DNA of 64,000 nucleotides from Candidatus Eiseniibacteriota bacterium (GCA_044222065.1 JBGAOA010000002.1:83115-147114); one strand, 5' to 3'; counted from the stretch's first letter, positions 38,162 to 48,799 are shown. Made by a program: numbers and translations. Notes: generated from the sequence alone by a model not told the origin.

Positions 38162-40282
38162 GTGAATCCTCGCCTGTCGCGCGCCGTGGCGCGCCTCGTG
38201 ATGCTGTTCGCGGCGTCGGCGTTCGCGTGCCCGGCGTCGGCGTCCGACACGCAGTGGTGGATCGCCGACACGGCGCCCGACTACGCGAAGGCCGAGGCGC
38301 GTGGGGCCGCGGTCACGCCCGAGGGCGTGATCGAGCTCGGACCCGCGACGCGGCGGATCGCGCTCGACAGCCTCGCGATCGCGTGGTCCGCGGTGCGGCT
38401 GCCCGACGGCGCGGTTGCGATCGGCGGCGAGCGCGGGCGCATCGTCCGCTACGAAAGCGGCGCGGTCCGTCCGTGGGTGCGGCTTCCGGTCGGGCAGGTG
38501 CTGTCGCTCGCGTGGATGAACGGCGCGCTCTACGCGGGCACGGGCCCCGAGGGCCTCGTGTACCGGATCGGCGCGAAAGGCGACACGGCGCTCGTCGCGC
38601 GCACGGGCGAGCGCTACGTGTGGGGCCTCGCCGCGGGCTCGAACGGCGCTCTGTGGGCCGCCACGGGTACGCGCGGACGCCTGCTGCTCATCGAGGGCGG
38701 CAAGGTCCGCACGATCCTCGACTCGGACGAGAGCAACCTGACGTGCGCGCTCGCGGACGGGCGCGGCGGCGCGTGGGCGGGAGGCGATTCCAAGGGCCGC
38801 GTGTTCCACGCCGGCGCCGACGGCGCGCTCGCGACCGTGCTCGATGCGTCCGAGGACGAGATCCGCGCGCTCGCGCTCGGAGCGGACGGCGCGCTGTACG
38901 CGGCCTCGCTCAGCGGCTCCGCGGTATCCGACGACGAGGGTGATGCGAACGAGCAGCCGGCGCCGGCGAAGAGCGCGGTGAGCGGCGGTCGCGCCGTGGT
39001 CTACCGCATCGTGCCGGACAGCCTCGTCCAGACGTGGTGGACCGCGCCGCAGCCGTTCCTGTTCGCGCTCGCGCCCACGCCGCTGGGGCTGCTGGCCGCG
39101 AGCGGAAACCGCGCCGGCGTCTATCGCCTCGATCGGGCGCAGGGCGCGACGCAGCTGCTCGCGGCGAACGAGGGGCAGGTCACGGCGCTCGTCGCGCTCG
39201 GCGACGGCGCGGCGCTCGCGGTGTCGTCCAATCCCGGCGCCGTGTGGGTGCTCGGCCCGGGCCGGGCCGCGAAGGGCGAGCTGACGGGGCCCGTGCTCGA
39301 CGCCCGCCGCATCGCGTCGTTCGGCCGGCTCGACTGGCGCGGTTCGGCGAACGGTGGATCCGTGTCGCTCTTCGCGCGCTCCGGGAACGCCGATCCCGCC
39401 GACACGACCTGGAGCGCGTGGCGCGGGGGCGAGGCCGGGACCGCGGGACGCCCGGTGGAAGCGCCGGCCGCGCGCTACCTGCAATGGAAGGTCGTGCTCG
39501 AGGGCGGCGCGCCGTCGGTCGACGCGGTCCAGGCGTCGTGGCGCGAGCGCAACCTTCCGCCGCGGCTCGAGGACCTCGTGATCGCGCCGCAGGGCGGGGC
39601 GTTCCGCGAAGGCGAACTCACGCCGAGGCTCGAGAGCGTCACGCAGACGCTCCCGGGCGGGCAGAAGGTCGAGTACTCGATCCCGCCGAGCCAGCAGACG
39701 AAGGCGCTGCGCGCGCTGCCGGCGTGGGCGCGCGGCCTGCGCACGCTGCAGTGGAAGGGCAACGATCCGAACGGCGACGAGCTGACGTACCGCGTGGACG
39801 TGCGGCGCGAATCCGACGGGCGCTGGATCGAGATCGGCAAGGACCTCGAGGCGACGTCGTTCACGTGGGACACGAACGCGCTGCCGGACGGGCGCTACCG
39901 GCTCCGCGTCACGGCCTCGGACGCGCGCTCGAACGCGCTCGGCGAGGAGCGCCGGGACTCGACGTTCAGCGAGCCGTTCAACGTGGACAACTCGCCGCCC
40001 TCGATCGGCGCGTTCGCGGTGCGCCCCGATCGGGGCGGGATCGCGTTCGAGGGCGAGGCGAGCGACGAGGCGAGCCCGCTGTCCCGGATCGAAGCGTCGC
40101 TGGATGACGACGACTGGCGGCTCGTCGCGCCGGAGGGCGGACTGACCGACGCCGCGCGCGAGGCGTTCCGCGGGCGGATCGACGCCGCGGCCGGGGCGCA
40201 CACGCTCGCCGTGCGCGTCACGGACCTCGCCGGCAACAGCACGGTGCGGGCGCTGCCGGTCACGGTGACGGCCGCGCGCTGA
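38162..40282 (+). CDS. Exported beta-propeller protein with C-terminal FN3/Ig-like domains
   Basis: GGAGG SD, signal peptide, repeated blades (LYAGTGPEGLVYRI, LWAATGTRGRLL, AWAGGDSKGRVFH, LYAAS), ARYLQWKVVL, DPNGDELTYRV, LPDGRYRLRVTASD, VRVTDLAGN. Confidence 0.85.
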   Translation: MNPRLSRAVARLVMLFAASAFACPASASDTQWWIADTAPDYAKAEARGAAVTPEGVIELGPATRRIALDSLAIAWSAVRLPDGAVAIGGERGRIVRYESGAVRPWVRLPVGQVLSLAWMNGALYAGTGPEGLVYRIGAKGDTALVARTGERYVWGLAAGSNGALWAATGTRGRLLLIEGGKVRTILDSDESNLTCALADGRGGAWAGGDSKGRVFHAGADGALATVLDASEDEIRALALGADGALYAASLSGSAVSDDEGDANEQPAPAKSAVSGGRAVVYRIVPDSLVQTWWTAPQPFLFALAPTPLGLLAASGNRAGVYRLDRAQGATQLLAANEGQVTALVALGDGAALAVSSNPGAVWVLGPGRAAKGELTGPVLDARRIASFGRLDWRGSANGGSVSLFARSGNADPADTTWSAWRGGEAGTAGRPVEAPAARYLQWKVVLEGGAPSVDAVQASWRERNLPPRLEDLVIAPQGGAFREGELTPRLESVTQTLPGGQKVEYSIPPSQQTKALRALPAWARGLRTLQWKGNDPNGDELTYRVDVRRESDGRWIEIGKDLEATSFTWDTNALPDGRYRLRVTASDARSNALGEERRDSTFSEPFNVDNSPPSIGAFAVRPDRGGIAFEGEASDEASPLSRIEASLDDDDWRLVAPEGGLTDAAREAFRGRIDAAAGAHTLAVRVTDLAGNSTVRALPVTVTAAR

Positions 40283-40286
40283 GACC

Positions 40287-41621
40287 GTGACGCGACCCGG
40301 TCCCGCGCTGAAGCTCGTCGAAGGCGGGCTCGGCCGCGCGGGGGGCGTCGCGCGGGCGTTCGAGTTCGCCGCGGTCGGCGTCGCGTTCGCGCTCGCGATC
40401 GCGGCGCTCGCGCGGCTGCCCGGCTGGTTCTGGTCGCTCGGAGCGTTCCAGGCGCGCTACGGCGTCGCGTTCGCGCTCTACCTCGTGGCGCTCGCCGGTC
40501 TGTCGCGCTGGGAGCGCCTGCCGCGCGTCGGCCTCGCGGTGTTCGCGGTCGCGCTCGCGACGCGCGCACTGCTCGTGCCGCTGCCGCCGTCGCTCTCGGG
40601 CGACGTGTTCCGCTACGTGTGGGAGGGCCGCGTCACGGTGTCGGGCGGCAATCCCTACCGCGAGGCGCCCGACGATCCGGCGCTCACGGCGCTGCGCGAC
40701 CGGGACGTGTGGGAGGGCGTGAACCACAAGTCGCTCTCGACGATCTACCCGCCGCTCGCCGAGGCGGGCTACGCGCTGATCGCGGCGCTGGCGCCCGGCG
40801 TCGTCGCGATGAAAGCGTGGGTCGGCGCGCACGACCTCGCGCTCGTCGCGGCGCTGATCTGGGCGCTCCGCCGGCGCGGACGCAGCCCCGCGTGGGCGCT
40901 CGTGTACGCGTGGAACCCGCTCGTGCTCGTCGAGTACGCGGGGACGGGTCACAACGATCCCACGGCGCTGCTGTGGCTCGTGCTCGCGATCGAGTGGCGC
41001 GAGGACCGGCCCGTCGCGTCCGCGCTCGCGCTCGCCGCGGGCGCGCTCACGAAGCTCGCGCCGCTCGTCGCGCTGCCGTTCCTGTGGCGGCGCTGGCCGT
41101 GGCGCGCGCGCATCGCCGCCGCCGTTCCGCTCGTGCTCGGCCTCGCGTGGTTCGCGCGCGAGACGCACCACACGTACTCCGGGCTCGCGGCCTACTGGGG
41201 CGCGTGGCGCAACAACGAACTGCTGTTCGCAGCCTTCGAGCGCGTGAGCGGCGGATTCGCCGGCGCGCGCGCGCTCGGCCTCGGGCTCACGGCCGGCGTG
41301 GCCGCTGCCGCGTGGTTCCGGCGCTGGTCGCCGGAGGCCGCGGTCGGCGGCACGTTCGCCGCCGCGCTCCTCACCTCGCCGGTCGTCCACCCGTGGTACC
41401 TCGGCTGGCTGCTCGCGCTCGCGCCGTTCCGCCCGGGCGCCTTCGCCGTCGCGTGGTCCCTCACGCTCGTGCTCAACTACGGCGCGTTCGCGACACCGCC
41501 CGAGGGGCGGGGGCACCACCCGCCGCTCGGCGTGCGCGCGATCGAGTATGGTGTCCCCGCGGCGTGCGCCCTGTTGGTGGCGTGGCGCCGGCGCGTGCGG
41601 CCCGGTGCGTGGGGGTTCTGA
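40287..41621 (+). CDS. GT-C fold (GT87/DUF2029-like) membrane glycosyltransferase
   Basis: SGDVFRYVWEGRV..NPY..P, TIYPP, YAWNPLVLVEYAGTGHND, VHPWY; multiple TM helices. Confidence 0.85.
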   Translation: MTRPGPALKLVEGGLGRAGGVARAFEFAAVGVAFALAIAALARLPGWFWSLGAFQARYGVAFALYLVALAGLSRWERLPRVGLAVFAVALATRALLVPLPPSLSGDVFRYVWEGRVTVSGGNPYREAPDDPALTALRDRDVWEGVNHKSLSTIYPPLAEAGYALIAALAPGVVAMKAWVGAHDLALVAALIWALRRRGRSPAWALVYAWNPLVLVEYAGTGHNDPTALLWLVLAIEWREDRPVASALALAAGALTKLAPLVALPFLWRRWPWRARIAAAVPLVLGLAWFARETHHTYSGLAAYWGAWRNNELLFAAFERVSGGFAGARALGLGLTAGVAAAAWFRRWSPEAAVGGTFAAALLTSPVVHPWYLGWLLALAPFRPGAFAVAWSLTLVLNYGAFATPPEGRGHHPPLGVRAIEYGVPAACALLVAWRRRVRPGAWGF

Positions 41622-43552
41622 GTGTTCGATGCGCTGCAGCGGAGTCTGCGACCGCTCGTCTCCGGGGAGCGCGCCTACGAGTCGTTGCGCGCACTGACGC
41701 GCTTCCACCGCATCCAGTCCACGCCGGGTTACGACGAGGCGGCGCGCTGGCTCGCGGACGAAGCGCGCGCGGCCGGGCTCGAGGTCGAAGTGGTCGAGGC
41801 CGCCGGCGACGGACGCACGCGCTTCGACGGGACGCTGCTCCCCGGCGGCTGGCGGTGCGAGCGCGCGGTCGCGACGCTCCACGGTCGCGGCGGGGCCGAG
41901 GCCCTGTGCGACTTCGGCCGCGAGCCGCTGTCGGTCGTCCAGCGCAGCGCGCCGGCGCGCGGCCGCTTCCGGATCGTCGCGCTGCGCGCGACGGCACCGA
42001 ACGCGCGCACTACGACGGGCTCGACGTGCGGGGCGCCGTCGTGCTGACTTCGGGCGCGGTGCAGCGCGTGCACGCGCTCGCCGTGATCGAGCGCGGCGCC
42101 GCGGGAATCCTCACCGACACGCGCCGGCTGCTCCACGACGTGCGGAGGGAGTCGGACGAGCGCGACGCGCTGAACTACGCGTCGTTCTGGTGGACCGAGG
42201 CGATGCCGCGCGGCTGGGGCTTCGTCGTGACGCCCGGGCGGGGGGCCGAACTGCGCCGGCGCCTCGAAGCCGGCGAGCGACTCGAGCTCGAGGCCGAGAT
42301 CGCGAGCGCGTACTACGAGTCGCGCGTGCCGCTCGTGAGCGCGCGCGTCCCCGGACGGGGGCGCCCGCGCGAGGAGGTGCTCGTGCTCGCGCACCTGTGT
42401 CACCCGGCGCCCGGCGCGAACGACAACGGTTCGGGCGTGGTCGCCGCACTCGAGACCGGTCGCGCACTGGGAGCGCTCGCGCGCACCCGCGCGTGGACGC
42501 CGCGCCGGTCGGTGCGGTTCCTGTGGGTGCCCGAGATCCATGGCACGGCCGCATGGCTCGCGCTGCGGCCCGAGACGCGGCGGCGCACCGTGGCCGCGCT
42601 CAACCTCGACATGGTGGGGGCGGATCAGGACCAGACCGGTTCGACGCTGCTGCTCGAACACCCGCCGCACTTCACGGCGTCGTTCGCGGAGGAACTGCTC
42701 GCGCACGTGCGCCGCGGCGCGCTCGATTGGATCGAGAGCTATTCGGGCCCCGGGCACGTCTCGCACACGCGGCTCGCCGAAGTGCCGTTCGGCGGCGGCA
42801 GCGACCACATCCTGCTGGTGGACCCGGTCGTCGGGATCCCGTGCCCGATGCTCATCCAGTGGCCCGATCGCTTCTACCACTCGAACCACGACACGCTCGA
42901 CCGCTGCTCTCCCGGCTCGCTCGCGCACGCCGCGCGCACGGCCGCCGCGTACGCCGCGATCCTCGCGCGCGACGATGCCGCGGACCGGCGCGCGCTCGCG
43001 GCGCTGGTCGAGCGGGGCGCCGCGCGGCGCGCGCTCGAGGCGCTCGACCGGGAGGAACCGACCGCGTTCGAGCGCGAGCGGCGGCGCGGCCTCGCCGCGA
43101 TCGCGAGCCTCGAGCGCGCGGGTGTGCCGGCCGCGACGCGCGCCGCCGCTCGCAGACGGTTCGCGGCGCTCGAGCGGCTCCACGGCACGAAGGCGTCGCG
43201 GCGTCCGGGCCGACGGTCCGCGGGGCCGGGCGCGCGCGTACCGGTGCGCACGCGCAGCGCGCCGCTCGACCTGCTCGAACACCTGGTGCCGGGTTGGGAC
43301 GGGCTGGACGGCGCCGAGCGCGACGCGTGGCGCGACGGCTTCCTGCGCTCGCCGCTCGGGGCGCTCGGGTTCGAGCTGGCGTGGTTCGCGTGCGACGGGC
43401 GGCGCGATCTCGAGGCGATCGCCGAGACGGTGCGCATCGAGACCGGGAAGGAGCTCGCCGTGTCGCGGCGTGCGGGCGCCGCGAGCCTCGAGGCGTTCTT
43501 CGAGCGCACGGCGCGGCTCGGACTTTCGCGCTGGAAGGGCGGGCGGTCGTGA
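41622..43552 (+). CDS. DUF4910-type M28-like Zn-aminopeptidase domain protein, frameshifted as assembled
   Basis: N-terminal part RFHRIQSTPGY (ORF 41622) joins the frame carrying AHLCHPAPGANDNGSG, FLWVPEIHGT, LNLDMVG, GSDH, YHSNHDT; shift at about 41985-41990. Confidence 0.82.
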
Positions 43553-43986
43553 AGGCGCAGGCCACGCGGTACGGCTGGATCGTGCGCTTCGACGCCGGCG
43601 AGGAGCTGTTCGAGTCGCTGCGCGCGTTCGCGAAGTCGCACGGCGTCCGCTCGGGAGCGATCTCGGGAATCGGCGCCGCGGGGGACTGCGAACTCGGCTA
43701 CTTCGTGCGCGGAACGCGCGAGTACGTGCGGCGGCGGTTCGAGGGCGAGTACGAGATCGGATCCTTGACCGGGAACTTCAGCGTGCTCGACGGCGAGCCG
43801 TTCCCGCACTGCCACGTCGTGCTCGGCGACTCTGGCTTCGCCGCGTTCACCGGGCACCTGTTTCGCGCGGTCGTGACGGTGACGTGCGAAGTGCAGGTCG
43901 TCACCGACGCCGATGCGCTCGTGCGCGAGACGCGCCCGGACCTCGGCTACAACCCGATCGCCCCTCGAGGCGCCGGCTCGGAGTGA
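43549..43986 (+). CDS. PPC/DUF296 domain protein
   Basis: VRFDAGEEL..SGIGA..YEIGSLTGN..PFPHCHVVLGD..GHL..VTCEV. Confidence 0.9.
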   Translation: MKAQATRYGWIVRFDAGEELFESLRAFAKSHGVRSGAISGIGAAGDCELGYFVRGTREYVRRRFEGEYEIGSLTGNFSVLDGEPFPHCHVVLGDSGFAAFTGHLFRAVVTVTCEVQVVTDADALVRETRPDLGYNPIAPRGAGSE

Positions 43987-44040
43987 AGGGCGAGGGGCGC
44001 GCGTCGCCCGGGCTTCCGGTGCGCGCGCCCGAAGGCGACC

Positions 44041-44078
44041 GGGCGCACGCGCCGTCGCGGGGACGGCGGCGTGCGCCC
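44041..44078. terminator. Long hairpin between convergent genes
   Basis: GGGCGCACGC-GCCGTC ... GACGGC-G-GCGTGCGCCC. Confidence 0.45.
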
Positions 44079-44089
44079 GTCGTGCGACG

Positions 44090-44749
44090 TCACTTCGCGG
44101 CGGCGGCTTCGGTGTAAGCGCGGGTGATCAGCGCCTTCTTGCCGGGGTTCGGGCCCGCGGCGCCGCGCGGAGTCGCGGGATCGTTCGCGAGCGCGACGAT
44201 CTTGTCCACGACGTCCATGCCCGAGACGACCTTCCCGAACACCGTGTAGCCGCCGCGATCGAGCGACGGCTGGGCGGCGACGTCGATGAAGAACTGACTG
44301 CCGCTCGAATCCTTCTTGGGATTCACCTGATCCGAAAGCCGCGCCGTCGCGATCGCGCCGCGCACGTGCGGGAGCTTGATCTCGGCCGGCACCGTGTAAC
44401 CCGGACCGCCGAGTCCGTCGTCGTTCGGGTTCTGGTTCTTCGTGTTCGGATCTCCGCCCTGGATCATGAAGCCCGGGATCACGCGGTGAAAGTAGGTCCC
44501 GTCGTAGAACTTCGACTTGACGAGCTTCTTGAAGTTGCCCGCGGTGAGCGGCGCGGCCTGCTCATCGAGCTGGATCACGATCTTGCCGAGCGCGGTCTCG
44601 AGCACCACGACCTCCGGTCCGCCGGGCGCGGCGGGCTTCGCCGCCGCCGCGGCCCTGGCCGCCGCCGGCTTCGCGTTGTCCTCCGCGCGGGCCACGACCG
44701 CGGCGAGCGTGAGTCCGATCGAAAGCATCGTCACGAAACGTCGATTCAT
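44090..44749 (-). CDS. Cyclophilin-type peptidyl-prolyl isomerase with signal peptide
   Basis: APLTAGNF, FYDGTYFHRVIPGFMIQGGDP, GSQFFI, YTVFGKVVSGMDVVD; GGAGGA SD. Confidence 0.95.
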   Translation of the reverse strand: MNRRFVTMLSIGLTLAAVVARAEDNAKPAAARAAAAAKPAAPGGPEVVVLETALGKIVIQLDEQAAPLTAGNFKKLVKSKFYDGTYFHRVIPGFMIQGGDPNTKNQNPNDDGLGGPGYTVPAEIKLPHVRGAIATARLSDQVNPKKDSSGSQFFIDVAAQPSLDRGGYTVFGKVVSGMDVVDKIVALANDPATPRGAAGPNPGKKALITRAYTEAAAAK

Positions 44750-44864
44750 TGCTCCTCCAATGAGCGCGCGCGGGAGCCGGCGCGCGGGGATGGGGCGCGG
44801 ATCGCGCCCGGGACGCATGCTATACTGCCGCCCCGCTCGACGCGTCAGGGAGGCCACAACTCCC

Positions 44865-45617
44865 TCAGCGCAGGGCGGCCACGGCCCAGTGACGCCCCGA
44901 AGGTGCGCCATCGCGGCGGTGGGAGTAATAGAAGTGGGGCTCGCACATCGTGCACGCCCCGACATCGTGGAACGCTTCGGGGGAGAGTCCGGCTTCGCCG
45001 AGCTGACGTCGAGCCTCGACGGGCAGATCGAGTCGCCAGCGCTCGCCCCACGGCCGCAAGGCCTCCGCGGCGAATCGCTCCGCCACTTCCGCGCCGACTT
45101 CGTAGCAGCACGACCGGATGCAGGGTCCGAGGTGCGCCTCGATCCGATCCGGAGCGCACGCGGCGACGCGGCACAGTTCGCGGAGCGCGAGCGCGGGAAG
45201 CCCTTCCGCCGCTCCGCGCCATCCGGCGTGGACGACGGCCACGGCGCCGGGCGCGGTCAGGATGAGCGGCATGCAGTCGGCGGTCGTGACGGCGAGCGCG
45301 AGGCCGCGCGCGCGGGTCACGAGCGCGTCGCACTCGGGCACGTGGCCCGGCTCCGAGACCTCGACGATTCGCGCACCGTGGACCTGTCCCGCGGTGACGA
45401 GGCGCGCGGGATCGAGACCGAGTCGCGTGAGGAGCGTGCGGCGGTTCACGGCGACCCGCTCCGGGTCGTCGGGAGTCGAACGGCCGAGGTTGAGTGAATC
45501 GAACGGCGCGTCGCTGACACCGCCGCGGCGGGTCGAGAAGGCGAGCACGGCCGCGGCGCTCGGAGGCGCCGCGAGCCACACGGGCAAGGGATCGGATCGG
45601 TCGAGCGTCCACGTCAT
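44865..45617 (-). CDS. pgeF: Peptidoglycan editing factor / purine nucleoside phosphorylase YfiH family
   Basis: FSTRRGGVS..SLNLG, QVHG, DALVT, TADCMP, HAGWRG, GPCI..CCYEVG, CT..YSHRR. Confidence 0.93.
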   Translation of the reverse strand: MTWTLDRSDPLPVWLAAPPSAAAVLAFSTRRGGVSDAPFDSLNLGRSTPDDPERVAVNRRTLLTRLGLDPARLVTAGQVHGARIVEVSEPGHVPECDALVTRARGLALAVTTADCMPLILTAPGAVAVVHAGWRGAAEGLPALALRELCRVAACAPDRIEAHLGPCIRSCCYEVGAEVAERFAAEALRPWGERWRLDLPVEARRQLGEAGLSPEAFHDVGACTMCEPHFYYSHRRDGAPSGRHWAVAALR

Positions 45618-45627
45618 CGGCGGGCGC

Positions 45628-45657
45628 AAGCTAGAGAAGCGGTCGCGCGAGCGTCAA
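45628..45657 (-). promoter_or_regulatory. Sigma70-type promoter TTGACG-N18-TAGCTT for pgeF
   Basis: Plus strand AAGCTA 45628-45633 and CGTCAA 45652-45657; ATG 10 nt downstream with no SD. Confidence 0.6.
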
Positions 45658-45684
45658 GCCTCGCGTGCGACAGAAGGAGCGGAC

Positions 45685-48651
45685 GTGAAGCGCGGGATTC
45701 GAGCGGCAGCACTGTGGATCGCGATGTCGGCCCTCGCGTGGTGCGCGGCGGCCCAGACGGCCCCCAAGGCGCCGGCGGCGGCGAAAGCTCCCGCACCGGT
45801 GGCGACGGTCGGGGCCCGCAGCATCGCGCGTGACGACTTCGAGCAGCGCGCCCGCGCCGCGCTCGAACAGTACCGGATGCGCGCCGGCGGCGAGATTCCC
45901 GCTCAGATCGCCCCGGTCGTCCGGCGCCAGGTGCTGGAGGGCCTGATCCGCCGCGAGTTGCTCTCGCTCGAGGTCGTGCGCCGCGGCGCGCTCGGGACGC
46001 CCGCCGAGGCCGAGGCGCAGGTCCGCAAGGACCCGTTCTTCAACCCGGGCGGCAAGTTCGACGCGACCCGCTTCGAAGAGGTGAAGACGCAGCGCCCGCA
46101 GCTCTACCAGATCGCGCTGCAGCAGATGCGCGAGGCGATCGGCGCGCGGAACATGAACGAGCGCCTCGAACGCGAGTTCTCGCCGCCCGAGGCCGAGCTG
46201 CGCGCGCGCGCGGAGCGCTCGCTGACGAAGGTGAAGCTCGACTACTTCGCGCTGCGCAAGGGCGAGTTCGCGGGCTCGGCGCCGGAGCCGCGCGAGAGCG
46301 ATGTCGTCGGCTACTGGCGTTCGCACCCGGACGAGTTCCGGCGCCCGGACCGCGCGGTCCTGAGCGTGGCGTTCGTCAACGTGCCGGCCCTGTCGGAGTC
46401 GCTGCAGGCGGTGCCCGAGCAGCTCGCCGCGTGGGAGCGCCGCATGAAGGCCATCGCCGACAGCGGACTCGCGGCGATCCGCAGCGGCGTCGCGCCCGAA
46501 GACGTCGTGTCGTCGCTCGGCGGATTCCGCGGGAACGTCGTCGTGTACCGCGACAACTTCCCGGGGTACTGGCGCGGGGACGATCGCCAGACGGCTGCGG
46601 TGTTCTCGTCGCGGCCGGGCACGATCCTCACGGAGGCCGTGCGCGGCCGTCCGGGGTGGCTGATCGTCCGCGTGGACGAAGTCCAGCCCGCGCACGTCGC
46701 GCCGCTGCGCGAAGTGGGGCGCGAGGTGCGCGGCAAGCTGCGGGCCGAAGCGCGCGCGCACGCCGACGAACGCGAGCTGCGGGCGCTCTACCAGCAGCTC
46801 GGCTCCGAACTGCGCACCACGGCGTACCGCGTCCGCTGGGCGGCCGTGGACACGAGCGCGCTCACGCTGCCCGAGCCGTCGGCGGCGGACCTGGACCGCT
46901 ACTACCGGGCGCATCTCGCCGACTACTCCTCGTTCGACCACGCGACCGGCACCGTGCAGGCGCGGCCGTTCTCGGCCGTCGAGGCCGAGGTTCGCACGCG
47001 CTACCGGCGCGACCGCAAGCTCGAGACGATGCGGCTCGTCACCGACGCGATCGAACGCGCGTGGTCGGCCGGTCGGCGCGATCGCGCGCTCGAAGCGCGT
47101 GCGACGATGGTGCGCGAAGCGGGGCCGCTCGTGCTCGGCGCCCCGGTCGACACGGGGCTCGCCGCCCGGGCGGTCGCGGACTCGCTCGCCCGCCTCGGCG
47201 GCGTGGGCGTGGGCGAGGGACCGTTCGCGCGCGGACGCGTCGTCTACCACGCGTATCAGGCCGTGCCGAACACGATGCCCGCGTTCGAAGCCGCGCTGCC
47301 GCTGCTGCGCCCGCGCCGGGACGAAGCGAAGCGCGCTGCCGACGAGAAGGGCGGTCGCGACCTGTTCGACCGCGATCCGATGCGCTTCGCGAGCGGGAAC
47401 GAGCAGCAGTTCACGCGCTTCATCGTGCCGTTCCTGCCGATCGTGGACGTGCCGCTGACGCGCGCCGAGGTGCTCGGGTACTACCAGCGCCACATCGACA
47501 AGTACACGCTCGGCGAGGAAGTGCGCGTCCGGCACATCCTCATCGAGGTCGCTCCGGGCGTCCGGTCCGACAGCGCCGGCCGCGAACTGGCGTCGGAGCT
47601 GCGACGGCGCATCGTCGCCGGCGAGGACTTCGCGGCGCTCGCTCGCCGTTACTCGGACGACACGCCGACGCGCGACAAGGGCGGAGACCTCGGCTCCTTC
47701 GGCCGCGGAGCGATGCGCGAAACCTTCGAGCGTGCCTCGTTCGCGCTCCAGCCGGGTCAGCTCAGCGACCTCGTTCGTTCGGACCTCGGCTGGCACGTGA
47801 TCCAGTGTCTCGACCGCCTGCCGCCGTTCGCGCAGCCGATCGAGACCATGTGGGCGAACGTCGGCGCGGATGCGGCGCAAGAGAAGGCCGACTCGCTCGC
47901 CGCGCGGCGCGCCGACAGCCTCTACCGGGCGGTGAAGTCGCGCGCGCAGCTCGAACGCGCGGCGTCGCGGCTCGGCCTCGACCGCGAGTCGATCCGCCGC
48001 ACGCTCGGCGACACGCGCGGACTTCCGGAGCTGCGCCCGGTGCTCGAGACCCTCGATCGCCTGAAGCCCGGCGAGATGTACCCGGGACGCTTCCTCATTC
48101 GCGGAATCGGGTACGCGCTCGCTGCCGTGGACACCGTGCTGCCTCCGGGCAAGCCGACGTGGGAATCGTCGCGCGAGCGCGCGATCTCGACCTACCAGGC
48201 GGGCGCGGCGGATCGTGCGCTCGAGGCGAAGCGCGCCGAGCTCGACTCGCTGTTCGCGAGCGGGCTCACGCTCGACAGTCTCGCCGCCGCGTGGGGCGGC
48301 CTGCAGCGCTTCGAGCAGAATTCGCGCGGACAGGCGCCGACGGGGCTCGCACCGGGGCGCATCCTCGATTCGCTCACGGTCGGAACGGCCGAGGGCGGCG
48401 CGCCGCTTGCGGTCGGGCAGGCGAGCGGCTGGGTGCGCTTCACGACGGGCGAGGCGAGGTTCCGGATCGCCGAGCGAACCCCGCCCGCGGACGCCGTGCT
48501 CGCCTCGCGCGTCGAGTCCGAGCGGCGCAACGGTCTCGAGCGACGGCTCACGGCGTACTACGACGAGCTCAAGACGCGTTATCCCGTTCGCATCCTCGAC
48601 GCGACGCTGCGCGAGGTGGACTTGCCGAAGCCGCCGCCGGAGACGCCGTAG
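45685..48651 (+). CDS. Large exported SurA/PpiD-like chaperone with a parvulin PPIase domain (about 988 aa)
   Basis: AAGGAG SD, signal peptide, VATVG..I..RQVLEGLIRRELL (SurA-N-like), VRVRHILI..GEDFAALARRYSDD..KGGDLGSF..FERASFAL..SDLGWHVIQ. Confidence 0.88.
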   Translation: MKRGIRAAALWIAMSALAWCAAAQTAPKAPAAAKAPAPVATVGARSIARDDFEQRARAALEQYRMRAGGEIPAQIAPVVRRQVLEGLIRRELLSLEVVRRGALGTPAEAEAQVRKDPFFNPGGKFDATRFEEVKTQRPQLYQIALQQMREAIGARNMNERLEREFSPPEAELRARAERSLTKVKLDYFALRKGEFAGSAPEPRESDVVGYWRSHPDEFRRPDRAVLSVAFVNVPALSESLQAVPEQLAAWERRMKAIADSGLAAIRSGVAPEDVVSSLGGFRGNVVVYRDNFPGYWRGDDRQTAAVFSSRPGTILTEAVRGRPGWLIVRVDEVQPAHVAPLREVGREVRGKLRAEARAHADERELRALYQQLGSELRTTAYRVRWAAVDTSALTLPEPSAADLDRYYRAHLADYSSFDHATGTVQARPFSAVEAEVRTRYRRDRKLETMRLVTDAIERAWSAGRRDRALEARATMVREAGPLVLGAPVDTGLAARAVADSLARLGGVGVGEGPFARGRVVYHAYQAVPNTMPAFEAALPLLRPRRDEAKRAADEKGGRDLFDRDPMRFASGNEQQFTRFIVPFLPIVDVPLTRAEVLGYYQRHIDKYTLGEEVRVRHILIEVAPGVRSDSAGRELASELRRRIVAGEDFAALARRYSDDTPTRDKGGDLGSFGRGAMRETFERASFALQPGQLSDLVRSDLGWHVIQCLDRLPPFAQPIETMWANVGADAAQEKADSLAARRADSLYRAVKSRAQLERAASRLGLDRESIRRTLGDTRGLPELRPVLETLDRLKPGEMYPGRFLIRGIGYALAAVDTVLPPGKPTWESSRERAISTYQAGAADRALEAKRAELDSLFASGLTLDSLAAAWGGLQRFEQNSRGQAPTGLAPGRILDSLTVGTAEGGAPLAVGQASGWVRFTTGEARFRIAERTPPADAVLASRVESERRNGLERRLTAYYDELKTRYPVRILDATLREVDLPKPPPETP

Positions 48652-48763
48652 GAACGATGCGAATTCGCATTCTTCCGGGCCGCGCGTGCAATGTGCACGG
48701 GCGGCCCGGTCGTTCGGCGGAGAATGCCCGCCCGGCAGCGCGGGTCCGCGGGGACTTACCCGG

Positions 48764-48779
48764 TGGTACGGTCCCTGCT
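48764..48779 (+). promoter_or_regulatory. Sigma54-type promoter candidate with upstream palindromes
   Basis: TGGTACGGTCCCTGCT (GG-N10-GC); palindromes ATGCGAATTCGCAT at 48657-48670 and GTGCA-ATG-TGCAC at 48686-48698. Confidence 0.45.
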
Positions 48780-48799
48780 CGGCTTTTTGCCGAGATCCC

